This document shows, in pieces, positions 14,731 through 26,923 of a DNA stretch of 62,000 nt. The first letter of the stretch is position 1, and each line of letters begins with the position of its first letter. Origin of the DNA: Octopus vulgaris (taxonomy: Eukaryota). The DNA lies in NCBI GenBank assembly GCA_951406725.2, contig OX597823.1:38336001-38398000 (forward strand), read 5' to 3'. The position numbers and the translations under genes are program-made. Below the pieces are notes generated by a model. It searched no databases. It was not told the origin of the DNA and saw only the letters and a program-made list of their open reading frames with translations.

Positions 14731-16349
14731 ATGACAGACACACCTGCGCGTGCATGTGCAAACTACATATTTTGAAAGTTATATTAAGCAGAAAATATTG
14801 AAATTTTTTTTTTTATAAAAATAGAAATCAAATATATTTATTGCGTTTTTCATTTAATACTTGTAGAACTGGTTACTGGTAATTCTGTGGCTGCTACAAG
14901 TATCAATGTTTTGCACTAATAATCTGCAATTGTTAGAAATTGTGAACATGTATACTTTTGCAGGGTCTTAATATATATTTTTTTATGTGCTTATATTGAT
15001 AGTACTTCACTTAGCTGAATATATGTGACTGATATAAATGTTTGTGCCTAACATTCTACATTACTCAAATGTTTATGTATTTAGACCTACGACTGCATTT
15101 TTAACACCTGTATTTTCCATTCTCATTCATTACATTAGCATCTATTATAGAAGTCATTGATTTTTTTGCACTTAATCATCCAAGAGCATTTTTGTGTATA
15201 GCTAAAGCAGCCAGTTTATTAAAATGGATCAGTAAATGAGAAGCCTTTCAAAATAGATATATTTAGTAGATACACTGCAATTTAAGTATTCCTTTCTTAG
15301 TTTTATTTCTTTTAAAGTTTGGTTGTAGATTTACTGTTACTTATATATTATTGTGTTGTTTTATTGATCTTAGCATTGTGAAGGTTGAATCCATAATATT
15401 TTGAGTCCACTGACCTCAGTGTTTTTTATAGGTAATATATGTTAATATGTGAAAGGAAGTTTTGAACAGATATTTTTTCTATGAATCATAATTAATGTAT
15501 GTTACTGTTCTGGTATATTGGGAAAATAATTTCAATTGCTGCATAGATTCATTACATTAAGTATTGAAAAGTGCTGTAAATGATTTTAGTGTAATAAAAA
15601 CTAACCCTTTTTTATATATAATATTGTAAATTTCAGACTTGGAAGTCATTTAACAGTAACAATAGTGTTAAGTATTTTCAACATTAGAAAAATAATAATG
15701 TAAGTGGATAGAAACAATTGCACTTTTAATACTATAATTTTAACTTAGAGAAGTTTATTTTATAGTTGTTGGAAGGATTTAAGGTTTCTATAAAACGTTT
15801 GCTGTCATTGCATATAAATTTGTATATATTTACTGTAGAAAGAATGAGGACTCAATTGAGAAGAAGACGTCAGTAAAGAAATAATACGATTTTCTTTATT
15901 ATTGAAACTGCTTAATCACATTGATAAAAAGCTGCTGGATTACTGCAAATCCACAGCTAATTATATTCAATAAAGATAAGTACAAGCAAGTATATAGCAG
16001 GTGAAAAAGAATTAGTCCTAAAAATGTAATTTGCCAATAGAACCACATTTGGAAATAATATACAGGTATTCAGAAAAGCATAAATGTTCATTGCTTGTTC
16101 AATATCTAAAGAATAAATCTGTGTTTAAATAGAATATAGTTCAAATAATGTCTTTAGCAAATACCTACAGGATCAGGTTAACAACTTGTTAACCCACTAC
16201 TGTTAAGAAATATAAGAGGTTGAGACAGTGGAAAGAATTGCTTTTTTGTCTAAAGTGGATCCATCCAAACAGGCAAATTTTGAATTTCTTACAGAAATCT
16301 TTATTTTATACAATTTTTATTTTCTTTATGTTACTCAAAAATATAGAGT

Positions 16350-16536
16350 GATGATTGGCTAAAATTGTGTTTAGTGAGTGACCTTCATTGGGGTTATTTT
16401 GCTTGTGAGGCTGCCAACTCGCGCCAAATTCAATGCTGTGTATGTGACATGTGAGTGTATTAAAATGGCTGGTATGTGCAGCAACAGAAATAGATTGATT
16501 AAATCATGTATGTGTGAGACACATTGATGAGTAAGT
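16350..16536 (+). promoter_or_regulatory. Candidate promoter and first non-coding exon
   Basis: Inverted CCAAT (ATTGG, 16354), E2F-type CGCGCCAAA (16420-28), YY1-like AAAATGGC (~16465) and a strong donor GA|GTAAGT at 16531. Confidence 0.3.
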
Positions 16537-17454
16537 CTGAGCTGAAAAACAGCTAATTTTTTTGTATCTGTATGTTGGATCAAACTAGCATCCACTTCAT
16601 ACATCTGTATAATTAAGATGGTAACATATACTCTAATTTTTCTGAAATAGAAAATTGATGCTAAAGAGAATTGAGAACAAGAATATTTAGAAATTTTTCA
16701 TTGATTATGGAAATAGTATTTTTCATTAATTCTATAACAAACTTCAAATTTATGGATCTAAAAATAATAATTCTACAAACACAAATATTTCTTTTGTTTC
16801 ATTTATAAAACTTGTGGCAAATGCAAATTAACTTCATTAATTTTGACAATGTTATTAAGAAAATTTTGCTGTAATTATTTTTCTCCCATCAACCATTTAT
16901 GCAAGGTATATTCTTTTTAATATTCATATTCTCAAAATTATATTTTATTTAAATTAGGTATATCATTTTAAAATTAAGTGTTTTGGTATTTAGATTACAT
17001 TTTTGGTTCAGTGCATTATGGTTCTAATTTATCCCAAATTTACAAATGAAGCTAGAACAGCTAGAGCATTTATTGATAAATAGGAAACAACAGCTTTCAA
17101 TGTTAGCAAATATTCAATGAGCTGTATTTGGTTACTGTGGAAACCAAGTGACAACAAGCATGCTCATTGCAGTCTATTTCTAACCCTGTCCTTTATATAA
17201 TCCATACTCATTCAGTTTTATTGACAGACAGGTCTACTCTTCTAATGAAATGATATTACAATAAAAATACTGATGATTGAAAATTATTTATTAATTACTG
17301 TATGCATATACATCTAAAGAAATAATATATATATGCATGTGTGTGTGCCTTTTTATATATTTGAGTATGTATGTACACACACACACACACACATACATAT
17401 CTATGTATTAATATGGATACATATTCTTGTGTCTGTATACATATTTATATCATC

Positions 17455-18307
17455 ATCATCATTATCATTTAATGTCCATTGTCCATGCTGGCATGGGATG
17501 GATGGTTTGACCAGGGCTGGTAAGCTGAGGGGCTGCACCAGACTCTAGTCTGATTTGGCATGGTTTCTACTGCTGGATGTCCTTCCTAACACCAACCATT
17601 CCAAGTGTGTAATGGATGCTTTACGTACCACCAGCATGGGTGTCAGTTTGCATGAGACCAATATCTGCTACAACTACTTGGCTTGATGGATCTTCTTCTC
17701 AAGCACATCATTTGTCATTGCCTCCATGAGGCCCAGTATACGGGAGGTGTTTTTTATGTGTCACAAGCACAGGTGCTTGTTACATAACACCAACATCAAT
17801 CACATTGCTTCTGTGAAGCTCAACGCTCAAAAGGTGCTTTTTACATGCCACAGGCACAAGTGCCAGTTACATGACACCAACAACAACCACAACTATGATT
17901 TCACCTGGCTTGGCACATCTTCTCAAGCACAGCACATCACCAAAGGCCTCGCTCACTAATCATTGCTTCTATGAAGCCTAACATTTGAAGATCATGCTTC
18001 ACCATCTTGTTCCATGTCTTCCTGGGTCTCCCTCTTCCACAGCTTCCTTCCACTTGTAGAGATCGGAACTTCTTCACATAACTGTCCACATCCATACACA
18101 TCATATGACTGTACCAACACAGTTATCACTTTTGTACACCATATCTGATACCTCTTATGCTCAGCTTCTATCTCAAGACGCTTATACTCTGTTGTACATG
18201 CACACTGACATTACATATCCAGCAAAAGCATACTAGCATCATTTCTTTCAAGTCTATGCATGTCCTTGGTAGTCACAGCCCATGTTTCACTGCCATATAA
18301 CATGGCT

Positions 18308-18310
<3 letters not shown>
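17455..18310 (-). mobile_element. RTE-clade LINE 3' portion
   Basis: (CAT)n tail, tandem units in the 3' UTR, and an ORF2 C-terminus (ETWAVTTKD..GRPRKTW); homologous to 54940-56040. Confidence 0.85.
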
Positions 18311-18345
<35 letters not shown>

Positions 18346-18349
<4 letters not shown>

Positions 18350-18723
18350 TCGCCCGGCGTTGCTCAGGTTTGTAAGGGAAATAACTATAAAGCATTTTTA
18401 GAGAGTTATAGCCAAAAAATAGCCAAAAAATGGAAAAAAAATAATGGTAAATTTTTTTTTGAGAGTTAAAAAAGGTGGAGTTGCGTCCCCTAGACGGTCT
18501 GTGGTTTGGGTTTCTGATTCTCGACCCCATGTCGAATTTATCGATTTTTTTCAGAACTGGGGGAACTTTTCAAAATTTTCGCTGCGTTAGTTTTGAATTA
18601 TGACATTGGGCTATGTGTGTGTCAAGTTTCATCAGAATCGGTTGAAAGCCGTGGTCAGAGTGAGGGTACGAGAAAACAGACACACAGAAAACGCACAGAC
18701 AAACTGCCGTTTATATATAGAGA
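18346..18723 (-). mobile_element. Non-autonomous Helitron (short form)
   Basis: 5' A|TC at 18723 and a 3' GC-rich hairpin whose terminal CTAG is lost into (TA)n; shares ~200 bp with 25030-25225. Confidence 0.75.
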
Positions 18724-18747
18724 TATATATATATATATATATATATA

Positions 18748-19638
18748 TGAGGTGGTATCAAAATGTTTCTGGACTAGTTCTATAGCATGTCAGCAGGTCA
18801 GCAGATGGCAACATACAACTGCAAGTGCATTGAGAGCTAGAAGTGACTTCATGAGGCAGTGTGGTAAGTGACATCACTGTTTTCACTTCGGAGTTTGTGA
18901 AATTTGTGCTTTTATGATCACGTGTAAGCTGCAGTTTGTGATTTTGTCATGGACAGGAACAAAGAGCCAACAAATTTTCCATTAAACTTGGGAACTTGCA
19001 TTAAACTTGCTACAGAGACTTTGAGCAGTCTTTGGCAAGTCTACAGTGATGAGGCAGTGGATTGTATACAATGTTTTGAGTGCTACAGGTGTTTCAAAAG
19101 CAGAATATTCCTAGAAGACGATGAGCAATCTGGAAGACCTGCCACAAACGTCATCCCTGAAAATGTGATATTGTGCATTGAGAATTCATCCCCCAGGGCC
19201 AGACAGTCAATCAAAAGTTCTACTGCAATGTTTGTTTTAAAGCATTTGAGAGAGGACATTCAGTGAAAGAAACCAGATCTGTGGAGCACAAAGAATTGAA
19301 TTCTCCACTGAGCTCTCCTCACTCCTGAGTTTCTTGCCAGAAACAACATGGTGACCAAATTTAGCACCTGCAGACTTCCATCTCTTCCCCAAAATGAAAA
19401 TGCAGCTCAAAGGTCTCCATTTTAACACTGTTGTTGAGATCCAGAGTGAATTGCAGAAGGCCCTCAACTTGCTTACAGAAAATGACTTCCAGGCTGGATT
19501 CCAAATGTGGCAGGAACTCTGGGACTGGTGTATTGCTGCACAAGGTGACTATTTCAAAGGAGATGATGTTAAAACTTAAGTAAATAAGTTATTTTTTATT
19601 AAACATAACTAGTTCAGGAACTTTTTGATACCACTTCA
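18748..19638 (+). mobile_element. Mariner (irritans-like) deletion derivative with TIRs
   Basis: TA|TGAGGTGGTATCAAAATGTTTCTGGACTAGTT and AACTAGTTCAGGAACTTTTTGATACCACTTCA|TA. Transposase fragments LEDDEQSGRPAT and WDWCIAAQGDYFKGD. Confidence 0.9.
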
Positions 19639-19739
19639 TATGTGTGTGTGTGTGTGTGTAAAAATTAGAGAAGAAATTCATTCTAAGCATGGACACAAAG
19701 CCTGGACTTGAGTGACTTTAGGAAACTTACCAAAGATTA

Positions 19740-20360
19740 AGGTGGTAGTAAACAGGAAAAGAGACAGGACCTTAGTATCATCAAGAGAATAAGTTTATTT
19801 AATATGCAGAAAAAGAGTAAGTAGGAATACCATACACTGTAATCGGTGTAAGCTATGGACGCTCAAGAGTTGTAGTGAAATCATACGTATTGGAACAAGT
19901 TTAGGGAGCTATTAATTTTGTTGGGTATGGAAGACTTTTCCCTCAGAGTAGAGGGCAGATTGTATGATGCTTGTGTTATAACAACAATATTGCATGGTAT
20001 TAAGTTGTAAACCTTGAATACACAAGACTTGCAAAGGTTAATAAAATTGCTTCAGTGAGTGTATAATGTTAGTGTGCATGAACACCAGAATACTAATGAT
20101 TTGAGATAAAAACTAGTTAATCATATGTAGTGTGCAAGATAGAAGACTGTTGGTATGGATATGTGATGTGTATGGAGGATTACTGCAGTATAGAGAAGTG
20201 CCAAGAGCTTCAAATTAATGGAATCTTTGAAAGAGGGAGACCAAGACAGACTTGAGATGGTGAAGTGATGAAGGCTGATCTGAAAATGTTGAATCTCATG
20301 GAGGAGATGATAAAAGACTGTACTGATTGGCAATCAGTGCTGCAGAAGACCTGGCCACCA
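19740..20360 (+). mobile_element. Old RTE-clade LINE fragment
   Basis: Homologous to the 55600-56400 element: CNRCKLW, WNKFRELL, GRLYDACV, RGRPRQT. Confidence 0.7.
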
Positions 20361-20846
20361 GCTGTGAAATATACCTTAACACGAGGGTATATCAGTACTC
20401 ACCAAAATCTCCTGTTCCTTCAAAATGATGAGTGAGTGGAACAATTTCTCTTGTGCTGAAATTGCAAAATGCATTCAGTGTACAAGTAAGGTGGCTGAGC
20501 AGAGAATGCATAGGGTTCTAAGGTCTCTTTATTCATCCTCTCCCGAGTTGGTACTGCGAAAAAATGTTCCCTGTCCACTCTGTAAAGAAGTTGGTTATAG
20601 ACCTGTCCAATTTATGCCAGCATGGAAAGTGGATGTAAAAACGATGATGATGCATATACGTGTGTGTGTATGCATGTGCGTACTAGTGTGCATGCATCTA
20701 TAATACTGTTCAGCTACAATCTCATCTACTTATTGTAACACTTAACTATGGAACAAAATTGAAGAGTCTATCATGCAATGTTTTATTTGTAAGTCTATTG
20801 ACTGATAAACTATACTTAATGTTGTCAAAAACTTAACATTAGGCTG

Positions 20847-21400
20847 CACTTTAAAAAAGTTTGCATTTTTCACAACAAGTCTTTATCTTATCAAAATATT
20901 TAAAAATATATTTTATTATACAAATGTAGCCATTCTTGCATTGTGCAACCTCAAAAAGAAACAGTAAAATACACTAAATATCACTGTGGTGACTCCTCTA
21001 TATTGGAGGAACAACTGCATTGCCTAGCCAAGCAATTTAGTCCATGTCATGTTAAATGTCTGAAGATGTAGATTATTCATAACAAGGTTGGTTCAGCAAG
21101 TGCTCTGTTTAAGGGAGCTGCTTGCTCCTCTTGTATTGTTGAACATAATCATTTTTGTTTTCTTCTCTTATTAGGTACCAGCGACAGTCTGTCATCATAT
21201 TTGTATTCATCTGTCCCTGCTAGCTTTTTTCTGTATTTTGTTATGGCATTGTGTAAATACTTTCCTTGTTCTTCATTAACAACCCCTAAATTAACAGGGA
21301 AGTAATCTAGATGACTATGGAGGAAATGCACTTTATCTACTTACATTACATTCTCTCTTGTGAATAGAGAAAAATAAATTTGTCAATAGATCTATTTGTG
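20847..21400 (-). mobile_element. Chapaev3-type (CMC) transposase C-terminal remnant
   Basis: ORF 21149-21331 HFLHSHLDYFPVNLGVVNEEQG matches the HFLHSHLDxFPxNLGxVSxExGERFHQ motif. A CAC-starting terminus lies near 20847. Confidence 0.6.
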
Positions 21401-21689
21401 GATTTGTTGTAAAAAAAAAAAAAAAATGAAATAAAATTCCCACAAGTTTTGTGGAAGCTGCTCTGTATTTTTTTTTGATAGGTTTAAAAACCTATAAATA
21501 CTTTATTTTTACATAATTTTTCTTTCTTAGAGCATCAAAGATACTTGCCTTCAATTTTTTTTTTATTTAAAGCAGGATAGATCACAATTTGAACAGGTCT
21601 TTTCCTAATAGATATTGAGTTAGAGTTATCATTTATACTAAACTGACAGTGAGGCCAAAAGCCTTATAAATTCAAACAAATACATGAGA

Positions 21690-21800
21690 AGAGATTTGGT
21701 GATTGGCCTTAGTTAGTTGTTGAACAACGTTGTCATCAGCATATTGTAATTCACAGATCCTTGCCTTTGTTAATCTTTCCCCTGTCACTCTGTCACATCA
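21690..21800 (-). mobile_element. Short RTE-type RT remnant
   Basis: The minus strand reads RLTKARICELQYADDN. Confidence 0.4.
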
Positions 21801-21929
21801 ATAAATCAATTCCTCTCATCATACACCCTCCTTCATGACAACCAATCAGTTCTGCTCAGTGCCATGACTTCACCCATGACTTCTCATGTCATCACTCTCT
21901 TTCCTTTTTTTTCTTTTTTGATGGTTACA

Positions 21930-22265
21930 AGGCAACCTCACTAGTGCTGGTGACATGAAAAAAGCCCCCAGTAAACTGTAAAATTGTCAGCAAAATGAGT
22001 AGAGACAACAGGGGTTTGAGAGGAGTCTTTGGTCTTGCTAAAGGCAAAAGAATAGTGCTGGTGGCACACACACAAAAAAAAAATTGCACTCTGTACACTC
22101 TGTAAAGTGGTTGGTGTTATGAAGGACATCCAGCCATAGAAATCAAGCCAAAACTAGGACATTGGAACAAGATGTGGCCCTTTGACTTGTCAGATCCTGT
22201 CAAACCACTCCATCCATACCAGTATGTAAAACAAATGTAAAATGATGAAGGTGATAATGATGAGA
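21930..22265 (+). mobile_element. RTE-family 3' tail
   Basis: ACACTCTGTAAAGTGGTTGGTGTTATGAAGGACATCCAGCC, ending in a (TGA)n tail. Confidence 0.75.
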
Positions 22266-22658
22266 TCATAGTCATAGAGCTAATGCATTTTACTTTCAGC
22301 AGTCAATCTGTACAGAAACAAATGCTTCCAGATCTTAAAAACTCTTCATAAGGAGTTTATTTCCTTTACAAGCTTTCTTAGCTAAAAATTTCCAGTTGAC
22401 ATTTTCCCTTTCTTAAGAACCTGTACTAGATTCTTCCTTTTTAGGGGGTTAATTTCCGAAGTAAGCCTACTACCTTTCATTATTATGTAGCAACTATGTG
22501 GTTGTTGCATGAGGCTTTTGTCATCATCAAGAAGTCTTATAGATTCTGCTTTAATTTTAAATGAATAGAAAAGTTTTTAAATTAATAGAAATGGTTGGAG
22601 AATGACAAAAATGGGCACGTTTGCATTTCTAGTTTATGATAGACAAAAACTGATATTA

Positions 22659-23909
22659 TCAGGTCATTCCATAAGTTCTGTCCAATTTTACCTTTTTTAA
22701 AATTCAATGAAATTTAATAGTATTTTAGAATGTCTAATGGAATTAAAAATTATTTTACAGAATAATAGAATTGAAATTTCTTTGATTAAAACCCTTTCTA
22801 ACATGGAAGTATCCAAAGAGCATTTGAGGCACATAATGCTTTATGAGTACAAAAAAGGAAACTCTGCAGCCAAAGCAACTCGAAACATACACTCAGTTTA
22901 TGGGAAAGAATGCTTGAATGAAAGAACTTACAGAAGATGGTTTGCAAAATTCAGAAGTGGAGATTTCAGCCTTGAAGATGAAGATCGAACAGGACGTCCA
23001 GTTGAATTTGATGATAAGCTCCTTGAGGCATTACTTAAAGAAAATCTTGCATTATCAGTTGAAGAATTGGCAATAAAGCTTAGTTCAAACCATACAACTG
23101 TTCATTGTCATCTTCAGCAACTTAGAAAGGTTCCTAAACTTGGAAAACGGGTGCCTCATGAATTGTCCGAAAGTAACTGCAAATCCTGAGTTGACATCTG
23201 CTCTTCTCTCCATTCTCACAAACTCATTTTACCTTTTTTGGATAGACTTGTGACTGGCGATGAAATATGGATCTTCTATCGAAATGTTAAATGTCATAAA
23301 AAGTGGCTTGGTAAAAGGGAAAAAGCTCAACCACAACCGAGAAGGGAACTTCATGGGAAAAAGGTTCTTCTCTCTATCTAGTGGGATTGCAAAGGAGTAA
23401 TTTGCTTTGAATTGTTACCACCTAATGCAACAATCAATGATCAAGTCTACTGTTAGCAATTAGAGCATTTGAACCAAGCTTTGAAGAAAAAAAGACCTGC
23501 TTTAGTGAATCAAAAAGAAGTGATCTTTCATCAGAAAATGTGCGACCCTGCACCACAAAGATCACATCACAGAAGATCAAAGAGCTTGGTTTGGAAAAAA
23601 CTCCTCATCCACCTTAATCTCCTAACCTTGCTCCTTCAGACTACTTACTATTTGTTTCATAGTTTACAGAATCATTTGGGGGACATAACTTTTGCAAGCC
23701 AGGAGGAGGTCAAAACTGACATTTCAGAGTTCTTTGCTTTGAAAGCAAAAGAGTTTTACGTTGATGGGATTAAAAAGCTTGTAAATAGACAGAAGGAAGT
23801 CATAGATAATCAGGGAAAGTACACTGATGATTAAATTTCAGCTAAATATAACATTTGATCACTTGTTTTCATTATTCAAAATTCGGACAGAACTTATGGG
23901 ATGACCTAA
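22659..23909 (+). mobile_element. Full-length DD34D mariner, inactivated
   Basis: TA-flanked ~28-bp TIRs (TCAGGTCATTCCATAAGTTCTGTCC / GGACAGAACTTATGGGATGACCTAA). The transposase at 22803-23834 has an HTH region, VPHEL and VTGDEIW, with several stops and frameshifts. Confidence 0.95.
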
Positions 23910-24304
23910 TATATTTCAATTCGAAATTCACCTTAAGCTATCTTTACTTTCAAAAGTAGTAAAATTGTTGCTGACCAATGACCAGGAATAATATATATAT
24001 AATTATATATATGTATTATTCCAAAGACAATTGACATGGAAATAAATATTTCAAATTAAGTGCAGTACATATATTATTGATATATGCTTTAGAATCCGCG
24101 GCTCATTTGTGTAATTACTGTACTTTGTTCTCAGGGACTGTGGATTCAAATCTTGCAATATGCACTTTTCTCTCATAGGAAAATACAGTCAGCCTAATAA
24201 AAATTATTAATGTATTAGTGATATAGTTGTATTATAGTAGAGTATTATTGAAGATTATATCTTCAATTTTGTTCTGTGGTTAAGCGTGTTTAAATTATTT
24301 ACTA

Positions 24305-25225
24305 CTAGCAGCATAGCCTGGCATTGCCCGGGTATGTAAGAAACTTTGTCGATAAGCAAGCCCTTTACCTTTTTACCCATTTTTGTACTCATTGAACCGT
24401 TATTTTGTAAAATGAAGCCTAAAAGGCATTAAGGCATTCAAGGCACCGTTCCCTTGCATGCATGGAGAAAATCTATGACAGTCAAAGTGCATTTTCTGGT
24501 TTTGTTTAGCACACCCAACCCAGTTCTGCGGGATCAGTGTCACGACAGGAACGCATGGGTTGGGAGTTTGACAGGCAGAGGTGATAAGGTTGCACATGCC
24601 GGCTCTTTTGACACCGCCCCCCCCCCCGAACCCAAATTGGGTTCAGACCACAGCTAAGCCTTACCTAATCCTAACTTAAGTCTAGCGAAAGAGGACTTGG
24701 GAGCCTCTAGTAGGCAACGACTAATCCCGATCTGGTCCTTTCCCTTTAGGGAATGAAGGCGCTCTCGCTGTGAAGTTAAAAAAACATTCCTGCCAATTTG
24801 TTAAAGATATTGTCGAAAATATGTCATCTTGAATTTGAATGCAATTTCTCAAAATGGCATGATTTTATCGATTTTTTCTGATCGTAAGGCATTGCATGGA
24901 AAACTAACGTCAGAATTAAGTTCCTTAGGGTAACATTAAGCTTCACCATGAGTTTGGTGAAAATCGATTGCAAGTTGCGAAAACTACAACGGAAAATGTG
25001 TTGCATATGATAAGCTTAGATTCTTGACCCCATGTCGAATCTATCGATTTTTTTCAGAACTGGGGGCTCTTTTCAAAATTTTTGCTGCGTTAGTTTTGAA
25101 TTATGACATTGGGCTATGTGTGTGTCAAGTTTCATCAGAATCGGTTGAAAGTCGTGGTCAGGGTGAGGGTACAACCTGACAGACAGACACACAGACAGAC
25201 AAACTGCCATTTATATATATAGAGA
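24305..25225 (-). mobile_element. Non-autonomous Helitron (long form) with GC-rich cargo
   Basis: 5' A|TC at 25225; 3' hairpin CCCGGGCAATGCCAGG then CTAG|T at 24308-24305. The 5' ~200 bp is shared with 18520-18723. Confidence 0.85.
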
Positions 25226-25300
25226 TATACAATATTTTTTGACACATTGTTGGTAATTTTGATAACAATCACTATTCACTATGGAAAAACAAAGAGAAGT

Positions 25301-25449
25301 GAACCAGCACTTTCTCATGGTCAGTTGTATGTGGCTTGTTCTCGAGTGTGTTCATTTCTTGATGTAAAGATGAAAATAAAAGATAACTTGCTAGGAAGAG
25401 GCAGTCACAGTTGTATAACAATGTAGTTTTCAAAGACATTATTTCCTAA
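25301..25449 (+). pseudogene. Helitron RepHel (PIF1-type helicase) C-terminal fragment
   Basis: EPALSHGQLYVACSRV...(frameshift)YNVVFKDIIS* matches the PVFSHGQLYVAxSRV...TxNVVYxEI motif. Confidence 0.75.
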
Positions 25450-26823
25450 AACAACACCTTCAGTACTACCTATGCAGAATTTACACCAGCTCATGAATCA
25501 AATGCTTCAGACTGAAAATTTAAAAAATAGGTATTCTACGAAATCTTGAAATTTTCATAATAACTGTGAAGTTCTTCCTGTGCAGATTAGCAAAAGTATT
25601 GGAATGGCAGACAAAACGCTATTTATTCTGGTTTGCATTCTAAGTTTAGTTTCCCTTGTGGCCTACAGTGATAGTTTAACACCATCATCTAGTCTCTGGT
25701 ATCTTTAGTGGGGTCCACTATGTTGCAAGTATTTGGGCCAGGTTTGGGATTTGTGGATATATTCTTCCCTACTTACATTACTCTCAGAGGTCCTGGAAAG
25801 CATTATGGACACTACCCTTCCCTTTGACTAAGTGATTAAAAAATGATTGCTGTTTTAGACTAAGAAATTGATTTCATTTACTCATATCTGTTTACTTATT
25901 CCACAATAAATGTTTTCAGTTAAAACAAATGAAAATATTAATGTTGTGTATATTTATAGAAACCATTATTTCTACAAACATCATAAAATGATAAACTGCA
26001 TTACTTAAGTGCATTATGTTATTTCCCATATAAGCTTAAGATAAAGGAAAAAACAACCAAACAAAAAACTTATGAAGTGCGTTACTTAAAACAACATATT
26101 AAGTAGTTGTCTCTTGGTCAATGTTGTTACACAGACACTATACTGAATATGTAGAAATATATTTGTTGTATGTAAGATAAGAACCTGTATTTAGTGGAAT
26201 TGCTTAGATCACAATGAATATGGAAACTTCAATTTCATCCAAAAGACAGTTTAATTAAAGAATTGTAGGTTAGAGTGTTCACTAAATTATACAAAAGGGG
26301 AAAAAATGATAGAATATGTACAATGTTGTTCCTTGAAGACATTTCATTTTTACCTCTGTTGTGAAAAACAGCTACAAAAGAAATTCCCTTTATGTGTATT
26401 ACCTTAGATTTATATAAAAAATCATGTCTCTTCCATAATCCTTATTCAGTGATATGTGAGTGTGTGTGTTTAAACTGGTGTTCTCATATTTTTAAAGAAA
26501 TATTTGACAGGCAACTTAGTTAATAGTTATTAAGTTTCAGTAACTGTGTAGAAATGCAAAAATATAGCAGTTGATCCATTCTTTGAAACCTACAGATTTA
26601 TAATGTTGTTTGCAATTGCAATCATCTTATAATTTCTTTTTTCCACGACTTTAGGGATAAATGTTTTATTAGAGTTAGTTGAATGATTTTTAACGATTAG
26701 AATTGAAATGTTAAGCTTGGAGGAATTAATTTTTATTTTAAATTTTGTAGCTGTAATTATAAAATTGATGGAAATGCTTTGCTTCAAATTTTGAAGTAGG
26801 GTTCTTACATTGTTTAGGAATTA

Positions 26824-26824
26824 C

Positions 26825-26923
<99 letters not shown>
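26824..26923. repeat. (GA)n microsatellite
   Basis: Read directly. Confidence 0.98.
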
